A stretch of 64,000 nucleotides of DNA from the NCBI GenBank assembly GCA_013239625.1, contig MU053365.1, forward strand, positions 434,001 through 498,000, given 5' to 3'. The stretch comes from Lama guanicoe (lineage: Eukaryota). The notes beneath the pieces were generated by a model, which was not told the origin of the DNA, did not search any database, and saw nothing but the letters and a program-made list of their open reading frames with translations. Each line of letters starts with the position of its first letter. The first letter of the stretch is position 1. This document shows positions 36,028 to 48,835 of the stretch, piece after piece. A program made the translations under genes and the position numbers.

Positions 36028-39000
36028 GGTGGTACTAAAATTTTTTTATCATGTTACAATGTAGAATTATGTGAGGGACACTACTGAAAAACCTGACAAA
36101 CCCCTCCAAGGCAAGAAATAACACCTAGTCCAACTACTGCAGGAAAAAAATGCGATGTTCTTAGTAAATTTTCACCAATGAGATGTGTAATTACTTTATA
36201 TTTTAAGTTTTGCATTTAATTCTTGGATCGTACATCTATTCAACACTTCGTTCTTATGTTTTATTTTCTGCCTCTCTCCATAGTGTCTCACCATCTATCC
36301 ACATTTTTGAGCCAGAGAGCTGGCGGTCATTTAAAAATTTCGACTCTGTTCCTCACCTCCCATATCTTGTCAGTCATTCACTCCTCTTGAGGGGAGCACT
36401 GAGCATCCTTTCCCAGTGTGTCCCCTCTTCTCCCACAGCATCATATTGCAAGCTTTCAGCACCTCTCACCTGAGCCACGGTGATCTGACTATGGCGTGAC
36501 TCTGGCCCTGTCACTCTCCTGATTTAGATCCTTAGAGGGCAACAAAGGCCGCAGTCTCGGGAAATCACTGCTGGGATGTCTGGAGTCTGTACAGCAGTGT
36601 GGCCTGGAGGCAACAAGGGCCAGGGGCATCTGGAGGAGGTGGTTTTAAGGGGCTGGCGGGCACTGTGGCATATCAGGGCAGAGTACGGGACTCGAATGGG
36701 ATGTGGTGTCAGCATCGCAGCGCGCTGACGAGGAAGGGCTGCCCGAGTCCCTGGTGAGGAAGTGGGAGGCACCCGGGCGCTTTGCTTAGGCCTGATGGCA
36801 CTTATGTCTCCACTCAGGGTAGGTGTTGGGCAAGAAGGGAGGTGCCTTGAGGGGCAGGGGGCGTGTGAGGGCTGGGAGGAGGCGAGGCCCTAGGCTCTAG
36901 GGCGTGGCTGCAGAGCTGGTCTCAGGGAAGGGCAGGAAGCTCCCTCTGCCTTGGGACCAAGGGGTACTTCTGTCACATCTGGAGTGACCTCTAGCTGGGA
37001 TGGTCAGGGGTTTGTGTGCGATCCTGAGCAACAACTGTAAGACAGGGACTCGAGGGCGCTGTAGGTAGAAGGCCTGCCCACGAGGAGCAGGCCAGGATGG
37101 GCGGGTTTGAAAGCGAAGCACTCGTCCGCAGACCTGACAGTTCCTCTTTCTCTAGCATACGGACAAGTGAGAGCCCCAGATCACCTCCGCCACGTCCCCC
37201 TGGACTTAAATCAGGACGGTTCACACGAGAGAAGAGACTGGTGGCCTCTACGTGCGCACTGCTGCCGATCAGGAAAGGATATTTAACTGGGTTATTCGGG
37301 GATGGACTTCATGCTGCTGAATAAAATCTCACTCTCCTGAAAGTTGCTTAGGAACCAAAAGGCCCTGCTTTCGTAGAGAGCTACCTGGCTCTACCAAGTC
37401 TGAGGTCCTGGAGCCTTCCCATGTCGCTGTCACCAAGCTGGCACACGGGTGCTCTAGGCACTGAGGGTCCTCCAGGCACTGTGGGTCCTCCCTAGGCGGG
37501 CTCTTCCCCAGAGGGCTGTCCTGGCTCTTGGCTCGGAAGCCCTAATCCAGTCAAAGGACTCCCCGTGGGATCAGGCGGAAGCCACGCTTCTCGCCTGGCT
37601 GTCTTCCCCCAACCTACCCTGCTCGCTTCACTGTCTTAAAGGCTGCTCCTCGCATGCACGTTCTCAGGAAAGGCCGGCTTCTAAGGAACCTGGCCTCCCA
37701 CCACCCCAACTTCACATGCAATTTCTCACACCCACGGGTCTTGCTGATGGGGATTCTTAGGCTCTGTTTCGTTTTGGAGATCCAACCCCTTCGCTTTCTC
37801 AGGAGGCAGGAAGGGCTTAATCTAGATTTAATATCCCCTCCAGCTCTGCAGACATGTACGCCATCATGCTAGAGCATAAGAAGAATCTGCCATGTTACTA
37901 AAAACGGCTTTAATCCATTCTTTGAGTTCCTTATTAGCACTAAATTGAATCAATGCAAAAATGACTACTTTTGCATAATTCCCAAGCTTGCAATTATACA
38001 GCAAGGAGCATCTGCAGAAACGCAAGGCGTATTTCCACAGAGCTTCGGTTAACATTTATTAGAAGGCACCCACGGGCTCCTTTATCACCGCTAACTCTCC
38101 ACCATCGCTCGTTCCAGCGATACCTACAAGACTGGCGGTACTTCCCATTTTCCGGATGGAAGTGACTAGAAACAGAGCACTGAAAAGATGTACGGCACAG
38201 GACGTCGCGGAGGTCCGTGCCAGCACAACACACGGCCGGCCTATGTTCTCTACTCGTGTGAACAAGCAGAATGTGCCCAGATTGTTTTTCCCATCCTTAA
38301 CACAGCTGCGTTTTTTCCCCCTTTGCTTCTGCTTCTGTCAGCAGGGAGACACCAACCAACATAAAAGTGCCTGTCACTCTACCGTACTGTTTCCCTACTA
38401 ATTACACTTTATTTAATTAAAAATAGAAGCCAATGTATATCCTAGGCAAAGAGTCTTACTAAGCTGACAGCTTAGAAACGTGAGGCCTCTCTTTGTTTAG
38501 GGGCACAAATAATCCTTGGAGGCTGAGAGCGCGAGTTTACCTACATTGCCCTCCGCTTGTCCTGGAAAGAACGGCTCTGGGGATCGGCGGGGGTCGCGGG
38601 GGGGCATAGAAATAACCTTGTCAATCGTTCCCTGCCAACAAGGGTGCTAATTAGTGCCAATTAAGAGCCTCGTTTTTTGTCTGTGGAACATCTGTCCACA
38701 GGCATTGAACTCAAACCCCCAACTCATTTTATCATTTTATCAAGACCCAAAATATCAGACAGCAATTCCTCTTGGTCTCTGCTAACGCAGCTTGATTTTC
38801 AACTCATGAGAAGTTCCAAATCCTGTTTTTCTTAGTCAGGGGCAGCTACTCCAATCATCAGTCATATTTCCCTTATTCTGACAAAGATACGTCTTCACAA
38901 GGTGCAAGCCGACGGGTCGGGTGGGGGGGGCAGACATACAACCACAGGAGACCCCCGCTTCTTGCTTACCCTATATTCCGCCTCATTTGATTTTTTTAAA

Positions 39001-42000
39001 GTAACGTATTGTTACCTAGATAAATGGGCTTTGTTTTTGTCTTTTTTTTTTTTCAATCCTGGTGGGGTAAAGGCCAGTGTAAAATAGCTTCTTTTTAATT
39101 GAACCTATTCTGTGTACACAGTGGGACCATAAAAGCGCCTCCATCATTAGCGTTTGCTCATGCAAATGAAGGTGCCCCGCTGTTTCTTTCTCCCTTTATA
39201 AAGTGCCCTTTCAATCAACGTTTGGGACAGGACAGGACCCCTTGCGACTTGCAGCTTGTTTTCTTCTGTGTGGCCACGAGAGGACTTTCATTCATTCCAG
39301 GGTAGCTTTATAATGACGCGTTATCACAGACAGTACCTAGGTTATTTCTTCCTCCTGCAAAGTACGTGGTCGATTTGCTGAATTCACCGCAGACTAGGAA
39401 AGCTGTTCACTTCATCGGGCAAAGATTCCTTTAACTTGGGTGTTTCTCTGGATTCTATTATGAAGCCTTTGTCCTTTCACTTCAAAGTAAACAAACACAC
39501 TCATTGATCTTTAGAGGACTATCAAATTTTACTGTAAAATGCATTATTGCCATATCATTTTCTTCAGTTCTCTAATAACGTTATTTCACATTATTCAATT
39601 TGTGACCCGCCTGGTGCAGGGAAACGCCATGCGTCTTCTCAGAGTGAGTCAGAGTCTCCCAAGAAGTAGAAAAAGGCATTCATTGAAAACAAGATGGAGT
39701 TCCGGCTGCTAACACATTATAAATTGCTCTATTTTAAATGTCTGAACTGGGCACACTTAAAATCCAAGGGCATATTTCATTAGCATTTATGCAATTTTTC
39801 AGGCGACTTTTCCCAATGTTACACTCATCATCAGATGAGAGAGCTTGTCAGGAAAAATTACAGTTAATGGTAGTTAATGGTGGCTCAATTCAATGGACTT
39901 GTTTCTATTTTGTTTTACTCTTGCTGGAAATAATGAAGGTATTACACGAACAACCCTTATGTTGCTTGCAAAAATGCGTCCAGTTCCAATGGTAGGTAAC
40001 ATAAAGCTTTATCTGATTTATAAAACAATCTATGTAAACCTATTTTTATGTTTTATTTGATTCTAGCCATTAGCCTGAGCTGGGAAGTCATTCTAAAATA
40101 CATCTCATGGCAACAATTTGCTGCACTGTGCCAAATTAATCTGCATAAATCTCTACCTATTTCTAGGACTCTGGAATGCACATTCAGGAAAAAGAAATAC
40201 ATTCAGGCTGTTGTGTCTGTGGAAAAGTCAAACCACTGGGCTACACCTCAAACAGCAATGCTCACCTCCCCAGAGGCAACACCCAATGTTTATAGTAGCC
40301 ACATCATCATCAAGACTCCTAGTTTGCAATTGCCAAATCAGAAGATACAGATGCAGAGACACCCTTCCACCCTTTCTGGCCGATCTGAAGTCACTGAGTT
40401 GGAGCCCCAATCATTTGGATTTGGGCATCCTTTTGAAAAACCACATCAGTTACACATTTGAAGCCAATCCACTCTGGGCTTTCAAGGTAGGCCAACTGGC
40501 AGAGTGACATTCAATCAGTATTCCGCCTGCTTCTCTTTGAGTTAAATATCCCTCATCGGCCATGCATGCAATGATGAAGACGTGCTCAGAGGGCATCGGA
40601 CCTTAACAAAGGACACACAGTGCAGCATCAGCGAATCTCTGAGCCCTTGTTTGATACTTGTCAATTTGTTTCTGTCTTGGCTTTCATAGGAACTCAGTTT
40701 CAGTGAAAGGAAAGCAAAATAAAGATCTTCTACCCCAAGGCCAGATCCACCCTGGGGTGGATTTGCTAGCAGAATTTTATCTGATGGGAAACATTAAGGA
40801 TCGTCTGACTTCTAAGAATCTAATTTCTGCGCCTCTCAGTAAATGAAAATATGCATTCCTTCCCCCATTACCACCTGGATTTCAAGCATCATTCCCACCC
40901 TTTCCCCTTTCTCCCTGTGGACAAAGGAAAATACAAGGACAGCCTGAGAAGACTCAACTCACAGTAAGAAGCATCCTTACAGAACGATAACTTCCCAGCT
41001 TGACAATATAAGCTGGGCACCTCTCTCTACTCTTTGGGTTTCCTCAAAGAATAACCACGAATCTAGATTGGAAGCTTACTGGTGTGCCTTTGAATGCCCT
41101 CAAAAAAGTAACTTGCTACCCAAATGACATGTCATTCTGATTTCCCAAACCTCAGTGAATAGGCAATCAGTCAACCGAATTCTTCAAGCGATAGATGCAG
41201 TTAGATGGCCCCTTCCTAGTCCAGTAACCAAGATAATGCAAAGAAGGGCTCTGATGTTTGGACAGTGAGTTGAGCGAGATAAGGTGTGCGATTGTCAGCC
41301 ATCTTCCCCCAGCTACTTTCCACCTCAAGGAGAGCAGTTTTGCAAACAGTACTATTGTACCACCCTCTCGTGGCATTTTGTATTTTCATCTTTCTTATTT
41401 TGTATGTGTGTGTGGCTCATTCCTCTGTTGCTGAATTTCTTAACTTAACGCTACCAATTTGCTGAGAAACATGATATTTACAAAAACGTGTCTGTGACAT
41501 GCATGCATAAAATCCGTAGGGCTAAAGGACCCCTGACAAAATCTAAAGGCAGAAAGTTAATGCCAGAATTGAAAATTTTAATATTTGAGTTCCTCCATAT
41601 TATAAAGTAGGTGTTCTAATATATTCCAAATATAATCACAGAACCATCTCTCTCTATAAATTTTACAAGATGTGTATTACTAATACTGAGTATACATCAG
41701 GAACAAATACAAAGAACAATATGTAATTGGTGAGGGCAGAAAGCACCAACTAATCAGAACTCATCTCTGCTACCCATCAGCATTTGGGGTGCTTTCATAT
41801 CCAATCAACTAATTATCTACCATCAAGCCTCACACAATGTGAACGAGAGAAGACATAATGAAAATTATAAATTGCTTGCATGTTATATTCATTATTGTGA
41901 AATGTATTCAAAACTCATGTTTAAGTCAATAAAGTAATTAAAAATGATAATTAAATGGAGTACTGTGTACACAGAAACATCTTGTTTTAAGTGTGTCACT

Positions 42001-43039
42001 CGGAAGACCAGAAATACCAGTGTAGGGGGTTATAACACCAGCTTAACTAGGCAGTAAATGTTCCTCATAATAGGAGATCTGTTATCAAGAAAGTACTTAA
42101 GTAAAGGACACATTCTTGGCCTTCTTGGAAACACGATTTGGCTGTTTTGGATGGAATAGATCAGCTCTGGATTACTGGTGCTGACGGAGCCAAGGGTAAC
42201 ATGGGAAATTCTTTCCTTTAGACTCTGGACGGTGTGATGCAACCACCCTCCCGAAACTGAAAAATAAATTATCTTTTAATTGTATTATTTCTCAATCTAA
42301 TGTGATGCAAGTTTGCATTCCAAAATCATTCCCACAGAGGGTGGGGGGAAGATGGCCCAGAGAAGACAGTCAGCTGGGGACGACACAGTGTGAAGTGGAC
42401 AATCCACACGTTTAGATTTGAGAGGTGACTTCATTACTGCATTTTCAATAATACCAGCATTCAGAACAGTCTCAAAATTCACCAGGATAATAGGACTATT
42501 ATCTCTCTCGGCAATATCTAATAAAAAGCTTTTAAGCACATCCAGTCCCTGGTTTTATAAAACATGGCAGTAAATTATCTCCCAAGGATGTTCAGTGAGT
42601 CTGCAGTGTTTCTTTCTCTATTCAGCCAGCTTTTCTCCCCACAGTGAGGGAAGATGACCGAAGAGTATTTGAGTCAACCACCCGGGAGACAACTTACAGT
42701 TGCAGGTGGTCTAGGGGAGGAGGGAACCCAGACAAAAGGCTCTCACAAAAGGAATCTTCCAGGGGAAAGTTGGTGGGATTTCAGAACACCCTCCATATTA
42801 TTAATTCAAAAATAAATCCTCTATGATTTTTGCAAACTGCATGTTCATGGAGCTGCCTAAAAGCGACATTTGATTTAAAACATACTTTCTGATCTGGTGG
42901 GGCAACTAGAGGAAAAGTAAGAGTGAGGGAGGCAAGATCAGAAAGAATGGGCATCTCCACACCAAGTAGATACTGAAGCTGTATCTACATCCGCAGAGAA
43001 CTCTGTAAGGATGCTGTTATCCCGATGGCCAGTGGGCAC

Positions 43040-43285
43040 AGCCTAAGTTATTCTGGGAAAAAAGTTCTATAGCCAAGTCAGTTTGGGAAACACAGTGAAC
43101 ATTAGCATATTAAAGGCTCAAAGAATTCCTACAATGAAAAGACTTGTTAGGGTTTTTTTTTTAACCCACTGGTTTCCAAATATATTGGATCATAGAAGTC
43201 CTTTTTTCCCCCTGAATAACAATTACTATTCCATGGCAACCCTTTCAGACTAGTATTTTATGCTAAAGCACTTAGAAAAGGTGAA
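43040..43285. mobile_element. Old hAT-Charlie-type MITE (subfamily uncertain)
   Basis: agtttgggaaacac...cattagcatattaaaggctc...tttaaccca..gtttccaaa with internal inverted symmetry. Confidence 0.55.
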
Positions 43286-44717
43286 ACCTAGACATTTCGT
43301 CTCTAAAATGATTTTGCCTTACACATCCATATAATTGACAGAAAAGTGAGGTTATTTTCTTTCCCTCTGAATTGATTTGCCTCAAATATTCTCATTATTT
43401 GCATGACATAAATAAGACCTTACAGCCAAAGCTTCCAAGGGAAGTTGTTTGACACTAATAAGTCTTTTTTTAAAGCCACAATAAAAACCCTGATTTTCAA
43501 TTAAGAGATGAAAGTCAAAATACTAAAATTCTCGAAATAATCACTCAGAGCCACATTCAGGACTCTCCTGCAGACCTGCCTGGTGGTCACAATTGAATGC
43601 AGAAAAAGATCTTTTCTCTTTAAAGTGGAGAAGCTCAGTGTGTTCTTGGAAATTATCTGAGACAACTGCATTTGAAAATAAGTCTGAAGTTAGCACTCTA
43701 CACATAAAAGACCCAGGATTAAACCTGTATAATCAGCTCAGAAAAACCTTCGGTAAAACTGTTCAAGCCAAATTCCGTATGGAAGTTCAAAAACTGTGTT
43801 TGGCCAAGTGATTGGGTGACGGCTTCAAATGCTTGCATTCGTTTCAGGGGCTGGTTGTTTGGGGCAGAGGAAGATGACTTTCCCAGAGCAACCATCTTAG
43901 AAGATGAGCAAATCCACCTAACGTCAATCTCTGTCTTGCTGGGAATGTTCGTGTGTGGTTTGATCCTCTCTCCAGCAGGGACTAAACACCTTTGTTTTAA
44001 AAAGTCAAGCCATCATCAGCACCTTATTGAAAACATCCCACTGAAAGCGGGGCGTTGAGTCTTCTGTGTCCGAGATGTGCTTACAGTTCCTGGGTGCACA
44101 GACCTCAAATGATGTTGCACAGCTCAGCCCCTGCTCCCTTTTCAATGGCATTTTGCTCTGTTTGAAATAATGAGTCCAGGTGACCTTTCCACACTGGCTG
44201 GAAGGGTTCTTTAGAGAATTCACGTTCCAAGAGACGCTACGCCATGTCTCTAGTTACGCATCTGCCCATCTCACGTTGGCTGTGAATCTTCTGTACTGCA
44301 AGGGTTCCGTTCATTTCACATGTTAGTCATGAAAACCGTTCTCATTTTCTCCCTAATTTATTGTTAGATTTTTCAGCTCATGGAATGTGTCCATGAACCA
44401 GGCAAACTGAAGGGAGAAGAAGGGACTGAAGGATTGGGTTCCCATGAGAACAAGAACAAGACTGTGTTCGACTGACTGCTGCTGAAATCCAGCTTTTCGC
44501 TAATTATGAATGAGCATTACGGAACTACCTTTGAGGCAGCCTGTGGCATCTCCATCTCTACTTGGGTTAGCGAGAGCGGCTGGACTATAAATAATTAATA
44601 TTACTAATGAGCACCCTCTCTAAACCATGGACCCCAATTTCCTTAAAAATATTTTCACCTTTTTTAAGTTCCACAAGTAAGCACCACTTTGCACAAAGGA
44701 TTTGTTTCTGGAAAGTG

Positions 44718-44849
44718 NNNNNNNNNNNNNNNNNNNNNNNNNNNNNNNNNNNNNNNNNNNNNNNNNNNNNNNNNNNNNNNNNNNNNNNNNNNNNNNNNNN
44801 NNNNNNNNNNNNNNNNNNNNNNNNNNNNNNNNNNNNNNNNNNNNNNNNN
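44718..44849. other. Assembly gap (132 N)
   Basis: Run of N. Confidence 0.99.
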
Positions 44850-46714
44850 TCTGTTTGGAAATAAATGCGAGAATTTTTGTGACAGGTTTGCTGCAAGTGG
44901 GAAAACATCTCTATATGTCTTTTCTTCTTCTCTCCCACGTAAAATTGTGAGTTATAATCATTCAGTGATAACCATCATGCAGCCAAACTACACCGTAATG
45001 GAGTGGGCACGTGGAAGTGCGTTTGCTCAGTTTTTTTCATTATGAGAGACTGTCATGATTTCTCTACTTTGTTCCTTGCCTTCTGCTGCTGAAAAGGAGG
45101 AGCTACTGAAATGCTATTCATGAGAAACACTGCTTTGAAACCTTTGTATATATGCACCATTCGCATTATTGGAACTAAACTAAGAAAACAGTTTTATACC
45201 ATCAGTTGAGACATAGGAAATTATTTCATGACTTTAAACTGGAAACGGTTTGATGTGCTCTGATGTGCATAACGAACTGTCTCATCAAACTTTTTTTACA
45301 TGGAATTAAAAGACAACAATTCTGAACAGAACCATGATTTTACAAGTCAAGTTAGTTTAGATCTAAAAGCTTTAGCAAGAGTAACGGAAGGAGGTGTGCT
45401 TGGGAAGAGGAATACCTCCGACTGTTGCATAAATTTGGAACAGGGTTTCTAGAAGTTTAACATAAAGCTTTATGCAAAAGAACACTCTTCGGGAGCCCTG
45501 TTCTCCTACAGAGGCGGTCTCTGAACCAGGACAATTCAGGCTGCCCAGAGGAAAAAAGCTCACTTTCCACAACATGGAAATTCATTTACTTGTACTGATA
45601 TATTTATTTTACGTACAGTTTCAGGTTCTTATAATAATAAAGGTGCCAGTGGAAAATATAATTGGTGTCAGATTCTAAATTAGGTGACAGATTGGAAAGA
45701 TTTCATTGACCTTCCTTTGATTCTATTTCATACTTAATTTGTGTCACATTCAGAATCAGATTGCTAAAGACAGCTCTTGGCTCCGAATCGTTATCTTCTA
45801 AAACTGTTTCAGACCGTCACTTAATACACCACCAAACTATATTCCTTATAGTGTGCTTTATCTAGCAAGCCAAGAAAACAGACTAGTCTACTGGGCCTGA
45901 AAGAGATATTCTAAAAAAACAGACACAAATATTTTTAAACAGTGCATATCTACTTTATGGCAGCACTCTTTTAACTCAGTGCTTGGAAGGAGAGGAATAG
46001 CACCTCGGTGGATTACTTTTCATAGTTCACTCAGTAATGTGTTTACTAAGTCACTGTTACAACTACGTGCTGATGTATTTTGATATACAGTAGGTTCGAC
46101 AATAGTGTGTCTTCTGAGATTTCATTCTTATTTTTAAAACCTATTTAAACGTTATTCTACCTTCCCTCCCAGCAAAAACAAGCTTATTTCTCAAGGGATT
46201 CAGAGTCAAGCCTGATCATAATTAAAGGCAGAGTCTGAAATGTCTTTTTAGACCAACGTAACAGAAGCAGCTATGCAGCATCAGGAAAGATTTGCCCAGG
46301 CAAGGGAATACAGTATTTATTTCACAGAACGGTGGGGCTAGTCCATGACATTTTATTCACGTGTTTTCTTATTCACACAAACCTCCTTATGCCCGCAAAA
46401 AAAAAAAAAAAAAAGAGTTCAGAAAAGGATTCTGTTTTACTTGATTAGAAAACTGCCAACATGCTTGCTACAATATTTCAGAAATAGTTATTCATACATA
46501 AGTGAACTAAGTAATCCACAATTATGAAATTACTCCAGTGGTGATTTTACCGAAGTCGAGAGGCTATCCTGGGAATCAGGGCTGCAGGTGTCTTTGGTCA
46601 AGTTCTGGTCCTCTGTTATCTTTGAGGCAGTGCTGCCTTTTCCCAAGACAATAGAGTCTGGGTGGATTCTGGGACTGGCCATTCCATGGGCAGGCAGGAA
46701 GGCTGTGGTTCAGG

Positions 46715-46925
46715 GGTCTCTCACTGGTGTCAGCCCGACATAGGTTCAAGCCATGAACCCACCATTATTGGATGTGAGAACTTAGTTTCCATTCATGAAC
46801 CTCAGTTTCTCTGGTGTTAAATGTGGGTTATAGTGGTGCCTACATCTCACTGGGTTGTGAATATTCAATTAGCTAGTGGACATAAAACAGCATAGTGCCT
46901 GGACTTAAGAAGTGCTAGCTTTTAT
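46715..46925 (+). mobile_element. MIR SINE
   Basis: ggttcaagcc...tgaacctcagtttctc...gggttgtga...catagtgcctggac. Confidence 0.7.
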
Positions 46926-47284
46926 TTTTTTTAATAATGACAGAATTAAAAGCACAACCATGGCTGTGATAAGAGGCTGTGATGAGCTCCAAGAATAAGA
47001 ATATGCCTAGTACCAAAAGTGGACGCAGTTAAGGGATTTTAGCCATTCTTCATTTCTACCCTTGGGGCCTGGGGTAGGTGGGTCAACAGAGGAAATGCTC
47101 AGTGTAGTCCAGGTTTGATCATTCTGGAGAGGTCTTCCTCCAACTGAAAGCCTCTGGGACAAGTCAAGGAATGGAGAGAAAGAGCCCCCAGAGTGACTGA
47201 AGATTGGGAGGCAGTGCAAAGGGCACTAACTCAGAGCGCTCCGTAACAGTGAGCGTTCTGACCCGCAGCATAATGTGTGACGAT

Positions 47285-47470
47285 AGCTAATGTCTACCGA
47301 GAATGTACCTCGCACTGCGATAAGCAAGTCAATCGCTCAGTCCTATGATGCTATTACTATCCCCATTTTACTGATGAGGAAACTGAGTGATGGAGAGATT
47401 AAGTAACTTGGCCATGACCACATGACTAAAAGACTTTGGTGAAGTTGAGATTTGAATTCAGGCAATACGG
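47285..47470 (-). mobile_element. MIR SINE
   Basis: ctattactatccccattttactgatgaggaaactgag...agagattaagtaacttggccatgaccaca...gatttgaattcaggca. Confidence 0.8.
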
Positions 47471-47523
47471 TGTCGGAGCATATCCACTTCATATGTGGAT
47501 ATGCTCCGACACCGTATTGCCTG
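47459..47523. repeat. Perfect 29-bp inverted repeat with 7-nt spacer
   Basis: caggcaatacggtgtcggagcatatccac (47459-47487) - ttcatat - gtggatatgctccgacaccgtattgcctg (47495-47523); arms are exact reverse complements. Confidence 0.97.
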
Positions 47524-48704
47524 CACATCCACTGTGCAGCCAGATTCACTACGATCTGCTTGTCTTGAGAGAGAAATGCAAAAGGAAGGGCACATGGAGA
47601 ATCCCTGGAATTGCAGATGCCTCAATCCTCAGCTTCTTCTGAGGTCAGGCACCCTATATTGCTTGCTTCCTCTTTCTCTGGCTTTGGGAGCATCAATGTG
47701 ACTTCCAGCTCTTCATGCCACTGGGGAGACCAGTGACTGCTTGCTCCCTTGACCTGAAAGTCTGTTGCATGCCTGTAATGTACTTCCCCCCTGTGCAGAA
47801 CCCCGGCCACAGCAATCCGTGGTCTGAAAGTGGCTGCCATTTGGACTCTGGGCCACTGAGGTTTGTGTGGGATGGAGCCCTGGAAGTATCTTCTTGGAGC
47901 GCCTTTACATCTTCAGTGCGCCTCTTGGCTTCCTGCCACCCTGAATATCACAGTTCTTCTGGAGTAGTATAAATTGAGCTGAAGTTGATTTAAATTTCAT
48001 GCCAAAAACCGCGTTGCTTCAAACCACAACGATTTTTTTATGTTTAAAAAACCCATCAAGATGTAATCTTTTTGCACCGCCCCTTCCCAGCACACACACA
48101 CACACATTTTCTAGCAGACAGAAAGGCAGATTATTTCAATCAAGTGGCTGTCGCTGACAATCATAAGCAACCTTTCTTCAAAGTTCATGGCAGCAGTGAA
48201 CTTTTAAATTTCTTAGTGACTGTCAGGATCTAATTTTCAAGGTTCGGTTACCACAGTAGCAATCTGGAATTTTAATCCAGTTGTAAAGGTCAAGACGGGT
48301 CACTGGTTTCAGGTCCTCTTCAAGCTCTGAATAAGAGAGCACCCTCCCCCCAAAAAAGCACGAAGATAAAGGACAGACCTATTCCCGGATTCCACTCTCT
48401 AAGACAGTGAGATTGTCAAACATACGTGATTTGTTTTAGCCTTTCAAATTCTCTACAAATGCTCAAACTATGACTAAATCAAATGAGATCTTGTGTGTGG
48501 GCAGGTGGGTAAGAAAATGCACTCAACTCTTCTCAGCGTGGTGGAACATCCAGGACCGTGCTGGGGGCAATCTAATCTAAGTAGCAGGGGAGAGCGGCCC
48601 GCACGCTGATTGGTTTCCAGTCCATTGCTCTCTGTCGGCACTGGGAATTGATCCCTTGATTCAAACCACAAAGACACAACACTTGTGAGAAGTGATGGCG
48701 GATA

Positions 48705-48835
48705 TTAGCCAAAAGAGCGCTCAACTAGGAGTCAGGAAGCTGGGACTGAGCCTGGCAACAGTGAGCTGTGTGAGCTTGGGGCCCTTAAGCCGCCTGAGCG
48801 TAAGTTTCCTCACTTCTAATGCGGGGAGAGCAGTA
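48705..48835 (+). mobile_element. MIR fragment
   Basis: taggagtcaggaagctggg...agctgtgtgagcttggg...agtttcctcac. Confidence 0.6.

Noticed and set aside
40742-40765. Small hairpin cagatccaccc/gggtggatttg
   Set aside because: Only 11 bp with a mismatch and a 2-nt loop; within chance expectation.
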